Origin: Klebsormidium nitens
Taxonomy: Eukaryota > Plantae > Klebsormidiophyceae
Assembly: GCA_000708835.1 (NCBI GenBank)
Contig: DF237642.1
Location: 1 to 42,901, forward strand
Direction: 5' to 3'
Length of the DNA: 42,901 nucleotides
Shown: positions 1-12,000 of the stretch, in pieces
Layout: each line of letters begins with the position of its first letter
Position numbering within the stretch: the stretch's first letter is position 1
Notes under the pieces: generated by a model
The model's input: the letters and a program-made list of their open reading frames with translations, nothing else
Database searches by the model: none
What the model was told of the DNA's origin: nothing
Made by a program: the position numbers and the translations under genes

Positions 1-650
1 TGCGCAAAAAAGGGGTGCATAGAAAGGATGCGCTAAAAACGGGCGCGCAGAAGGGGCGCGCAACTTGAAAAGTAGTGCGCACACAAAAGACGGGTGCGCA
101 AAAGGTGCGCGCAAAAGGAGTGCGCACAAATATTGCGCCAGAAAAGGGGCGCGGAAATAGATTTGCGTAGGAAAGGGGTGCGCAAAAGGGGTGCGCAGAA
201 AGCCTCGGATGCGCCAAAAAAGGGGCGCGCGGAAGGGGTGCAAAGGGATGGTGCGCCAGAAGAGCCAGAAAAGGGGTGCGCAAAAAGGGGTGCAAAAGGA
301 GCGCATAAAAGGGGCGCGCAAAAGGGGTGTGCAGAAAGGGGCGCGCAAAAAGGATGCCCCAAAAAAGGGGCGCGCAAAAAGGGGTGCGCACATCAAGAAG
401 CACGTAGAAAGGGGGTGCGCAGAAACGGGGCGCGCAAAAGGGGTGCGCCATGAAAAAAAGGTGAGCAGAAACTTATGCGCCGGAAAGCCTGCGCGCAAAA
501 GAGGTGCGCGAAAAAGGGTGAGCACAAAAGGGGTGCGTAGAAAGGATGCGCCAAAAACGGGCGCGCAAACGGGGCACGCAAGAAAAGGGGCGCGCAGAAG
601 GGTTGCGCAAAAATGGGCACGCAAAAGGGGCGCGCAAAAATGGGCGCGTT
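1..650. repeat. Satellite 1: degenerate tandem array of ~14-17 bp units, consensus near AAAAGGGGTGCGC(GC)A; runs off the left edge
   Basis: Directly visible; + strand is alternating A-runs and G-runs separated by TGCGC/CGCGC. The K/R/G-rich ORFs in the track here are by-products. Confidence 0.95.
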
Positions 651-3600
651 GAAAAGCGCGATAGGCAATTTGCGGTGCGGAATTGGAACTGTATAGGCCG
701 CCGGACTCACGTCCCTCGAACAGAGGGGCGTGGAACATTGGGGCTAGCGGCCAATGTCCTTCACAACCAACCCGAGAATCCCGGGTTGTTGATTTGGGAC
801 GCTCGACCGCGCTCGAAATCGAGGATTAATAAGCCGATAGCTCGGTCGGGCGATAAGACGGCTGCATATTTATCGTGCAATTTACCGCTGCGGTGATCCA
901 GGCGCGAGAGCGATAAAATTATGCATAAATGCGGCGAGTATCTTAAATTCTAAAATCTGAAGTGGGCAGCCAGGCTCAGCTGTATCAACGTAGAGAAGCA
1001 TGTGGTGCCCATGAGCAGGAAGCATCCATGCTTTCTTCTTGTATGTACAGCATGCGAGATCTACAGTAGTTCGGTTACAATATATTTAGCAGCTGCATGG
1101 GTTCCATACTGTTGTCCTGCTTAAGTTGATCAATGTAGCAGTGCCTGAGCAGGTTGGTCACGCATCAGCTTTGTAGACAATCAGAATTAGAGGACAGTGT
1201 CTGGCGCGCTCCAACATGCGAATCCTCGTACCCAACACTGAAGTACGGCACAATATGTAATTACCATGAACCTGATTGATAGTTTCTCTTTGTTCTGATG
1301 GCCTTGAGAAAGGCCAATTCGCATTCTGTCAAGACTCCTGAAAGTTTCCAATTCAGAGCACGAATATCCTGCACCAAAATGGGGAAACTTGGAAGACCGT
1401 TTTCGCGAATGTGTTACTCACAATTCATTACAAATAACCAACAGTTAAGCTGCTCAGAAGTCATCAACGAAAGAGAATACTGAGATCCTCAATCCACAAA
1501 AGCAGTGCTGCAAAGCAGGTTCATATGCAACATCTTCAGTGGATCACTCTTGGCAAAACCAACAGATCTCAGAGCAGGCCAGAAGCAAACGTCCGACTCA
1601 CTCTGAATGAACCTCAAGTTGTGGCGTGCTTCCACGTTGTACTCTACCCCCAGGACTCAATCCCCTAAGTTGACTTCAAGCTGTAGACCTTGAAAGCAAA
1701 AAGCAGTCAGCCAAGCAGTCGCTATCTGGAGATGAAGTATGCTTGAAAAAGAGACACAACATTCGCTCAGGACATCTCAATCCAACTGCTGAGGTTAAGC
1801 CTTTGCCTCTGCTCCAGATAAGAATCTCCGAAGAGCCCCAGAAAGAAGGCCACTGCCTGAAGAGCCCAAGAAGAAGGCCACCGCCAATTCGGTACACAGT
1901 TTCTGAAAAGTAAATCAAAAACCTCATTGTTGGAGCAAGTAGGATACATCGAGAGCTCATCCTGGAAGACTGAAAGCCCTCACTCGAAGTCGATCGAATC
2001 TCCATACAGATCAATGACGATGAGTAATATCTAACTAGCTGCTAGAACTCTGGCATGCTTCCAAGCGCACTGCTAATTCACTTAGCGGCCCAGCTACAGA
2101 ACACCTGCAATGACTGCTGTCCAATGCCAGATAATCTGATTCAGAAAAACTCTATGCACAATGTCCCCGACTGTAAAGCCTGCAATAATTCTCACAGATA
2201 TATGGGCAAACATTGTACCCGCAGAACAAGTAGAAAAACAAGACCCCATACTCCCATGCCTTTGCCTATTGGGCACCAACTGTCTAACAGGACACCCAGC
2301 TGAACAATCACACTGGCCTCATGCCTTAGGATTGAGTCACCCCGCAGATTGGACACGATCAGGTAAGCTTGCCTCAAGACATACCGTTTCTAACCTGAGA
2401 AGAGGCAACCTGGCAACACACCCTGAACATGCAACCATGTAGCATTTACACATCATACAGAAGCTGGCCCTGGTACTCTTACCTGGCACAGCGAGTTCGC
2501 TCCCTCGCTCAAGAAGCTTCAAGACCCTGAGAAGTAAAAGGCTTCAACACCTCAGACAGTCCGGACCCTATGCGCGCCGCTTAGTATCTCCTCAGATCTG
2601 CTTTGCGTGACAAGTTCGCAGGCTATAGGGAGTGCTCCTGGACTCCTATCAACATTCCACGTAGTGAAAACCTTCCTTGGAGAGGTACCATGGCGGCGCA
2701 CTGCTCAAATTTTCCAACCAAAAATCCTGAAAATGCTACCATGCAAAATGGATTCAGTGGTCCAGTGCCTCAGCAGACTGCTCAGGCTGGGTCACCTTAC
2801 CTTGGTCATGGTGTAGCCTCGGCCACCATTGGTTTCAGCGGCTGTGATCATGCATGGGCCTACATCGGGTGGTGTTGGTCGCGCGTGCGAACTTTCACCT
2901 CGAGCAACTACTGAACGATGCACCTTCCCGGCCAAAAATTCAAAGCTGAAATGGCGCCCTTCGAGCGCCTTCAGTCACCTTCTTCTTCCTCAAATACCTC
3001 CAGGTCTGAATTTTCGATCGTTTACATGAGTCATTTTCATAATCATACAATTTGACGGTCGCGATCGACTGCCGCCGAGCGAATCAATTATCGTACGGTC
3101 GTGCAGCGCCTAGACAACTTAGCCCTAGGTTGATTGTGTTTGCGGGCAATACGTGAATGACTACCGGTCTTCCAGCTGGCCATAGGGCACTTTGCGGTGT
3201 ACTCCGCTTTTTTCATGTTTGAACTTTAGTAGGGCCCATCTCGTAAACCCATGCAGAATATGAGATTACGGTGCTAACATTGAAAGCTTACATGCATATT
3301 AGCAACTGATAACTTAGATCTAGATAGCGCCATGGCCGTATCCCGTCATTCCGTTTATAAGCTTTTGGCTTGTCATATATGAGCTAGGGAGGCCGGGTTA
3401 TGGTCGACGTAATGTTGCGGATGATTTTCTAGAATTTCTCACAAAACAGCTATGATACGGTAAATTCACTAGCCTCTCCGCTATGTTTGCCAAGTTGCAG
3501 TGCGGGTTTGGCGAAGTTCAACAACTTCGGATCGACTCATCAGGCTGTTGCATGGCGGTAGCTGGGAAGATCTAGTAAAACCTTGACAATATTGGATTTG

Positions 3601-3916
3601 CAAACTGAAACAAAATCTAACGTCTGCATACTGGGGATTGTCGTTGCGCGTAGCGCTAAAGTATACGGCGCACGCTAAAATATCATTGAGTGCCTTGGTC
3701 TCTTGCAGTGCTAGTGCGCACTGAAATGACGACCACTCGCGTAATTTTGCGTCAACCGGTGCTTTGCCCGTCATCATAATGAGAACCATCCGATAGATAA
3801 CGTGAGTTCCAATTATTATCCAATGATCTCGAGACGTCGACAGTTGTCACCATCAACTGCAAGAACTTATTATCAGGCCTTCAATTTCCATACACTGTCG
3901 TAGAAACAATCTCCTG

Positions 3917-4157
3917 AAAGGTGCGCCAAATAAGCGGCGCGCAACAGGGGTGCGCAAAAGGGGTGTGCAGAAAGGAGTGCGCAAAAAAGGGGTGCGCAAA
4001 GGGGTGCGCAGAAAAGGGGTGCGCAAGAATGGTGGGCTAAAAAACGGGCGTGCAAAAGGGGTGCGCAGAGGATGCGCCAGAAAAGGGGTGCACAAAAGGG
4101 TGCGCAAAAAGGATGCGCTAGAAAAGGGGTGCGCAAAAGGGGTGCGCCAGAATGGTG
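3917..4157. repeat. Second Satellite 1 array, same orientation as 1-650
   Basis: Same AAAAGGGGTGCGCA units, e.g. 3947-4020; abuts Satellite 2. Confidence 0.95.
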
Positions 4158-5277
4158 TACCGCGAAACTGAGAGGTATGCCGCGAAATCGGAGGTGTTGG
4201 CACGAAACTCAGAGGTATGCCGCGAAACATGCAGATGTGCCATGAAACTGGGAGGTATGTTGCAAAACTTGTAGGTGTGCCACCACAAAACTAAGAGGTG
4301 TGCCGCAAAACATGCAGGTGTGCCACGAAACAGAGAATGATGCCGCAAAACCTGCAGGTGTGCCACAAAACTGGCCCGAAGTAAGCCACAAATCACAGAG
4401 GTATGCCGCGAAACCTGTAGGTGTGCCACGAAACTCCTAGCTAGATACGTTGCGAAACATGCACGTGGGCCTCGAAACCAGAGGTATGTCGCAAAACTTG
4501 CAGGTGTGCCACGAAACTTAGAGGTAATCTGCGAAACCTGCAGATGTCCCACGAAAAAGTATAAGAGATAAGCGGAATTCAGAAATCCAGAAGTATGCCA
4601 CGAAACTGAGAGGTATGGCGCGAAACCTGCAGGTGCCACCGCGACACTGAGAGGTATGCCGCGAATTCTGCAGGTGTGCCGCAACACTGAGAGGTATGCC
4701 GCGAAATTTCAGGTGTGCCACGAAACTTAGAGGTATGCCGCAAAGCATGCAGATGTGCTACAAAACCGTCAAAGGTATGCCGAGCGCAATTTGCAAATTT
4801 GCCACGAAACTCAGAGGTATATGCCGCGAAACATGCAAGTGTGCTACGAAACTACGAGGTATGGGGTAAAATTTGCAAGTGTGCTTCGAAAAGGTCTAAG
4901 AGGTAAGCGACATTCAAAACTCTGGACAGAGGTATGCGACGAAACTTGCAGGTGTGCAACAAAATCCAGAGGTATGCAGCAACAGATGCATGTGTGTGGC
5001 ATATACCTCTGAGTCAGCGATATGCGGCAAAAATTGCGGGTCACTGCCACGAAATTCCGAAACTGAGGCGAAACTTGCAAGTGTGCAACGAACTTCGGAA
5101 ATTCAGAGGGATGCAACGAAATCTGCAGGTGTGCCACGAACTCAAAGGTATGCGATAATATTTGCAAGTATGCGACTGGTCAATCTGGTCAAAGTGAGCG
5201 GTATGCAACGAAACGTGCAAGTGTGCCACGAAACTCCGAGGTAATGTATGCGGCGAAACTTGCAGGTGTGTGCAGCT
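4157..5277. repeat. Satellite 2: ~20 bp monomers arranged as a ~40 bp dimer (GCCACGAAACTGAGAGGTAT + GCCGCGAAACCTGCAGGTGT)
   Basis: Two monomer types alternate visibly (e.g. 4596-4700); frequent CGAAAC to CAAAAC variants. Confidence 0.93.
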
Positions 5278-5336
5278 TTTAAAAGTACGAGGATCACTAA
5301 GCCTCTTGCGCAGCGTATGATGCACATCGCACACAG

Positions 5337-5423
5337 AAGGGCAAGGAGGAAGAGGGCCGACAGTGGGCCGAAAAGCTGCTGGATGCGTGGGAGGAGCGAC
5401 AGCTCAAGCGGCGGGATGAGTAG
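5337..5423 (+). pseudogene. Orphan terminal-exon-like fragment (KGKEEEGRQWAEKLLDAWEERQLKRRDE*)
   Basis: Follows ACACAG acceptor, G/C-ending codons, charged helical peptide ending TAG; no upstream exons found (satellite lies upstream). Not in the ORF track. Confidence 0.3.
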
Positions 5424-6061
5424 GTGCCCAAAATATAGGAGGTGGATAGCTGTGCCAGGGACGGTGCACATGGCGGGTCAGGGGGAAGTGCGAGAATGCA
5501 AAATGAAGTCGCCGATTGCAAGTGCACTATTTGATGGCGTGATGCGACGGGGTATAGGATGTTAGATAGGCGCAACGACAATAAAATGATGCATTCCAGT
5601 AAGTTTTATTGAGCGAGCCTGGCTGCAAGGCTGCGTCACACGACAAACTCTACAATGAACAGCTCTTTACGACGTTGGATGCTGCGATCTACAATTGCTT
5701 CGAAAAAGCTTGGGCCTGCACTAATAACTGCAAAACCTACATCATCGATTTGCTACATAGAACAAGGGGAGCGGCCGGCCTGCTTGTAGTACAAGTGCAT
5801 GCAATAACTGCAACCTACTTAATTCAATGGACCATTGAAGCATATAGGGTTGCGTATAGCAAAAGGTGCATATTTTCGATCCTTGGTAACATTTGGCAGT
5901 CCTTCGAAAATCATAGGAACATTGTAGCTTCATTGCTTTTCACAACATATCACTGAGATGATACTGCTTCTTTTCAATGAATGAACCTAATCACACCTGA
6001 AATCCGGTTGAACCATTGTCGCCACCGCACGCTGCTTACCACTCTTTATTTGGAAGCACGA

Positions 6062-9000
6062 TCAATGTTCTAGGAACAGCGCCTCTTGCTTACTCGTGAG
6101 CCCCACGTCTTGTAAAGTCTTGCCGACACAGGCTTTAGCTTCCAGCACCCGTCGAGGAAAGGAGTTGATCAACCGGTAAGACCCGGGCTTGAAGCTGTTC
6201 TCGACATCAATTGAATCAAAAAGCACCTGCAAAAGTTGCTGACCAGGGTGAATACGAACCAGGGTGAACACGTTTCACAAAACCTAAGTACCGGTTACGG
6301 CTTACCCTGGTCAAAATCAACTTAGATATATTCTGCCTGATGGCTCCTTCAAAAGGTTCTGCCTTACCATTTGCCGATCATTCCAAGAGAGCAAGATTTC
6401 ATCCGCAACCATCTGCACTTGTGACCAATGACTTGTAAAACGATGAAAGAAAATCATGAAGCTCTCAACCGCGGAACCAGGTTGGCATCAATGTCAGCGC
6501 TTCGAACACCTCTTCGGTTTGCATAAGCCAGGAACCCTCAAATCACAATTTAAGCAAGGCAATTGGCGACCATAAAACAGTGAAACTTGTTCTGTCCACA
6601 ATCTGTCCACTCTAAGCTGGTGCCTGCTCTTAAACTGCACAGTGGCCTGTGCCGCGAAGCGGCCACAAAGTAAGGGGAAGCTTTTGCATATTTTGCATAT
6701 CGCCCCACCTGCACGAGGTGATTTATTTTGTATAATTTGCTCACCTTCCCCACTCGCACGGGGAGATACTTTCAAAATCTTGGCATATGTTGCATAAATT
6801 CTGCATATTTTCCTACCTGCACGGGGTCGCTGCTCCTCAGCCGCCGCGCCTTGCGCGATCCGTCCGGCATGCGCACCATCACTGTCACCACCCCGGGCTC
6901 CCCGGCGGGCGGCTCCTCTGGCAGCGTCGACGCCTTTTCCGCCAGGTGCACCTGCAGATGCGTCCTCATTTTACCAGAAACTCTTGTTTCTCCGAATCGT
7001 CAATAAACTTGTCAAGCTAAACTAGGATGACGAGTTGCAATGTACTTTCATTACCCGTATCTCGGTCTGAGGGACGGTGATACAGCCCCACGAAGGAATC
7101 TCGAGTCCATTACCCACACTGCGATGCTTCAGAGCGCAAGGATCGTGCAGAGGATAGAGGCGGACATAAGATGCCTGAATCAAACGCCAGAATAGCTGTG
7201 GAAATTGACAAACCTAGGAATTAATTAATCAACTTAAATCCAGTTACGGCTGGTCACCCTGCCAGAACAATCAACCAGGAAAACCCTCCTAACCAGACCT
7301 ATATACAACATACATATCATCTTTTGGGAAGCGCTGATTCGGAGCCCAGATCCGCTTCCAAAGCCATATTAACCCTTTTCCAAGAACCCACAGACCCACC
7401 CGAAAGTCAGGACAATCACCCCAGATCCAAGCCCCAGGCACCAATTTATGGTTCGTGCACTCTCGCCCACGGTTTCAAAGATTCTCACCTGCAGGGCCTC
7501 CTCCGCCTCAAGCCGCTCCCGCTCCTCCCGCGCCGCCTGCTCTAGTTCCTCCTCGCGTTGCCGCCGCGCCTCGCGATCCGCGCGCGCCTTCTCCTCCGCC
7601 TCGGCGGCCGCTTTGAGCGACTTCTCGCGGTCGGCGGCCAGCGAAGCTAGGTATTCCTCGTCCTGAAGAAAATAGCAAGGTATTTCAGCATAGCGCTCAA
7701 TCAGTAAGTATAAGTGTATCCTCAGCAACTTCGCCAATATTTGCGCTGTCCCGCTCAGCGGCCAGATGGCAATCTTCCACAAAGAGCAAAAAGCACCTTG
7801 CAAGATTGTCAGGGAGGCAAGCGTTTCATTGGAACGAAGCGGGGTGCCGAAGATGCACAGGAAGCGGGCGGAGAGAGGAGGTTGTGAATGTGCGTTTCGA
7901 GTGAGGCGAGGCCTTAGCACGGCACGCAGGTCAGAAGGAGGAACTGGCTGAAACGCACTGGAGACGCTAGAGATCAGCCCTTCAGCTAATGAAAACTCCG
8001 ACTTGGGAGGGGTAGAAGGAGGCGAAGGGAGGATGTAACCAATACAACGGAGAGAGTGCCTGATAATGTGTTGACCAGAACCGCACTCGGATTTCGTCAA
8101 GTTTGGCGGCCGGCTAAGATCGACAAGGTACCGGGCCTAGAAGGTGGCAGCCTTAAATCCCTAACGAACCGAGGAAAGGGATTGGATAATAGCGGCTGGT
8201 ATTAGGCTGGCCGCAAACTCCACAGTATCGTAACGGCGAGGCGAAAGAAGGTCAAAAAGTTAGTGCTTACAGGAAGTGTCTGAGGTATGCAGGATTTGCA
8301 GACGCAATAGCTGGCCGCCTTCGTAACCTTTGCCAAGCGTCCAAGTCGTGAAAGAATAAGAGCCACTCAAAAAGTCGGCGACCGGGACTACATGCTAACA
8401 TTGAAATGAGAAGAGAAAAGACAGCTTCTGGGCTTCTTGAAGAGTCACTGTCACGCTCCAAAGGCAGTTGTGACGGAAACAGCTTCAAAGACTTCGCTAC
8501 CAAGAAAAGAATGATGGACTTCCGTTTGAATCCGGATCCCTGTTCATTCTGCATCTCCAACCCGTCGTCTTCTGTCGACCACTTTAGCTGGAAAGGATGA
8601 CCCCCACGGAAGAAGAGAAACAGATGTTCAAAACGTTTCTGCACCTGGGATTCGAAACTTGCAAGGGCCGCATATCGCCCAGATCACCAGCAATCTTGGT
8701 CGACTGTTCAAGAAGGCAGCTCGGAGTCAAAGCTCCAAACCACAAAATATACCCTCAATACACACCTGCTGGTTCCGGATCTCTCTCTGCGCTTGCACCA
8801 TCGGATCGAGCTCTCGGGGGGGTCGGTACCGTCCGAACTCGTCGTCCAAGTCCATGTCCTCGTACCCCCCCTCCGCAACCGCCGGTCGATAAGCGGGCCC
8901 TGCCGCCGGGTTATACGCTGGGCCCGGGTGGCCCGGCCGAGCCTCATAGGGTATCCCCATCATGGCTGCCTCCAGCATGCGGGCCTCTTCGCGCTCCTCC

Positions 9001-12000
9001 GCGGTGAAGCCCTCCAGCGGGTCTAGCTCCTGCAAAAAGAGTGTGAATACGCCTTTGCCATTGGAGAGAGTCCCGGTAATGTGAATTAGTCTCTGCAAGC
9101 ACACCGGCTGCTCAACGCTGATATGCTAATACTTGTTCAATCAAAAACCAGCGATCTCCAAAACCCTCAGGTGATCCTCTCGAGAAAACTTCACCGGCAG
9201 GTTGCTGAGCCTTATGTGGGGGAAGAGGACAGGGAGGTTTTAGTAAAGTACATCTTACCACGTGGGAAATTGTCCAAAGCTAGCGTATCGAATGAATAGG
9301 ATGCTAATGTCCGAATTCGGGCGTCCCAGCTGTCGTTGTCATCACTCTCTCTCGTCTTAAACCTCGCTGACGTGACCGAAGCCCGGCCGAGAGGGGTAAC
9401 AGAATATCTTACCTCCGCAGGTCCCGCTCCTCCCACCGCTGCCGCTCTAGCTGCCACCACTCTCGCCTCTGCCGGGGTGGGCTCGTCGTTTCCGTCGGAG
9501 TCTCTGGCTGGGAAGCGGTGCGGCCAATTTCCCACAGGCGCCGGCTGCAGTAAACAAAAAGGCCACCTTAACATCTGCTGCAACCGACAGCCTGAGCTGT
9601 GTCTGGATTGGGGAGATTGCGCAAGAACACGTGGCAAGGTTTGGCTCGCGCCAAGGTTGGAAGCATAGAAATCCGAGGGTGCACAGACACACCCGATATT
9701 TGCTACGAACACAGTAGGGGTAATGCAGAGCGGGTCGCTACACTGAGCTCAATCATGTCCCTGGTTGTGTGCGTTTGACACGTGGCTCCAAAAGTTCACA
9801 CTTAGGATGTTGCCGCAACAATCGTCTTCAGAAGAAAAACCCGCTAAACTGAGCCGCAGTCATCGTAAAGCCAGTTACTCTTAGCGCTCCCCTTTTGAAG
9901 TAGAACTCAAAGCACCAAACTCACTAACCTGTCGATTCGGTCCTGGTCGAACGCCGCCTCCAATGCCGCCCGCTGACCCCATGAAAGCCTGAACGTCCTC
10001 CACGAGTTCCGCCGCGTGCTCCTCGGAACTGGGGCGCCGGCGGGAGGAGCGGCTCGCCTGCCGGCCCTCGCGACCGGATGGGGGCTCGGGGGATGGGGAC
10101 GCTCGACGGCTGCCGCGTGAGGGACCGACTCCTGCAGAGAATGAGACCTTGAGCAAGCCGCCTGTTGCTGCAAGCTTTCCTTCTTTCGTTGTGCCTGAAG
10201 CGAACTCCTCGATCCAAGCCGCAGAAAGGAGACATTCCGTTGTGGATCGTATCTCATGAGCCCCTGATTCAGTGTAGGTACTGGTGCAGGTTGTCTAACA
10301 AGAACGTTGACTGAGGACGGACATCGCCAATCCGAAGGCTGGAGCTACGGCGTTTCCAAAAGCTTGGTATGCTAAGGAAAGGTAAAAAGCCTGGATCAAG
10401 CACAGCTTCATGCGGTGTTCTTCCGTGGGTGAATCCAGCAAACGACGACCAGAGGCGGCCGTCTGGCTCGGAAACAAAAGAAAGAGAGGCCCATGCAGAA
10501 AGCAACTAAGAGATGCAGACGCCTGACTAGCGATGTGCGGAAGTTTGCGACCTCATCTCTAGATCAACAGTCGAAACCGACTCGTGTGCTTCAGTTGAGA
10601 CGAAGCGAACTTGGATTATACGAGTCTTTTCAAAAGGGATTGGGAGCTCAGAAACTCACCTGCTACGCGCCCGTTTGGATTCGGAGATCTGCTCTTCTTG
10701 CTGCTTTTGCGCGCTTGGCCGGTCCCTCCCTGATCTTCGTCGTCCTCAAAGCCTTCGATAGGAATGTCCCGCACGCCGCTTCGGGCTGACACCCCATTTC
10801 CGTAGGAGGTTCCGCTGAGGGGGCCGACTCGTGGAGCCGCAGGAGGTGGGAACAGCTCAGCACCGACGTCAGCCAGACGGTCCGGAGGTGGCAGCCGAGT
10901 CTGCTCCTGCTCGGCGGTCTGCGAAGATAGATGACCAACGCGTGAATATCTCAGGGATCAGGAAACTCCTCGAGATAGGATGTCGGACATTCTGCCAGAA
11001 CGCAAGGTGCCCGAACATCCAGGACTGGTCTTTCCAGACTTGCTCTGGGAATATACCAAGATGCAGGACAAATCAGAATATTACATCCAGTCTCTCATCT
11101 TGGTTCAGAGGCTCCAGAACCAGCCATGACTGCTGCACTTCTGCTGCTGCCCAAGGTATCCTCGATGAGCGCACATAACTTTCAACAGAATTGTCCTCAC
11201 CTTTAGTGACTGAGAGATGGCCTTCTCGAGATCTTCGTCATCCGCAGCTGGCCCCCCACCGTGCTCCTTCATCGACGCTTCGAGCGCCGCCCTCATCATC
11301 TCCTCCTCGACATCATTGTGGTCATTGACTGCCCCTCCCGCACCTACAGCTGCATCCCTGCCTGTCGCGCCCCCATCATCTCTCTCCTGAATCGAACTCC
11401 CAAACCTCTGGAAAGCTGGCGGCTCTTCTTCCTCATCGAAGGGCGATTCAAAGCGAGGGACGCCTGCTCCACTAGGCGCAGCTGATCCATGGCCAATGTT
11501 TGGGGGTAGCAAGCCAGGCGCCCCAAAAGGGTCTGTGCTGGGTTCTGCATGCGTGTCAGACGGCCTAGAGCGTCGGTGTCGCACTAGGGGCTCTGATGGC
11601 TCTTCTTCATCCGAGATGGGGTCCGCCAATGCTGGTTGAGGTGGTGGTTGCGCATTGCTGCAAAAGGAATTGTCAACTTTGCCTCGCAAATTGATGACCG
11701 CTAGGTTGCAAAAGCAGTCTGACCAGGCGAAGTTGATGCAGAGTGTTTTCCAATTCTGCTTGGTCACGTTTTGACATTTTGTACATCACTATATTGAACC
11801 CTTAGTGAAGAACCTGCTAGAATAGAACGTCATCTGACACTTAAGAAATGCGTTTTGCCTTAAAAATACTTTTTCTCTTTTATCCAATGCTGGATGATTA
11901 CTTTGAGATTGTGGCTGCTTGCAAGGTTGATCTCTGCCTTCCTTGGCTGAGCATTTCCAGTATTGAAAGCGAGAGACAGCGGTCCACGTGTCTGCTTTTT

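Noticed and set aside
1-650. Telomeric or subtelomeric repeat
   Set aside because: The unit lacks a TnAGGG motif and is highly degenerate.
3481-3830. MVLIMMTGKAPVDAKLREW resembling kinase subdomain IX
   Set aside because: No other kinase motif (DFG, HRD, APE) in frame; likely chance.
651-3916. Terminal inverted repeats or LTRs around the satellite-bracketed interval
   Set aside because: The ends share only scattered short matches; no TSD and no transposase/RT motif recognised.
33-5334. Many 60-190 aa ORFs (K/R/G-rich or F/C/A/P-rich) in the satellites
   Set aside because: Translations simply mirror the repeat units in all frames; no coding signal.
5609-5956. 115 aa ORF downstream of PUX
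   Set aside because: TTG start, no codon bias, splice context or recognisable motif.
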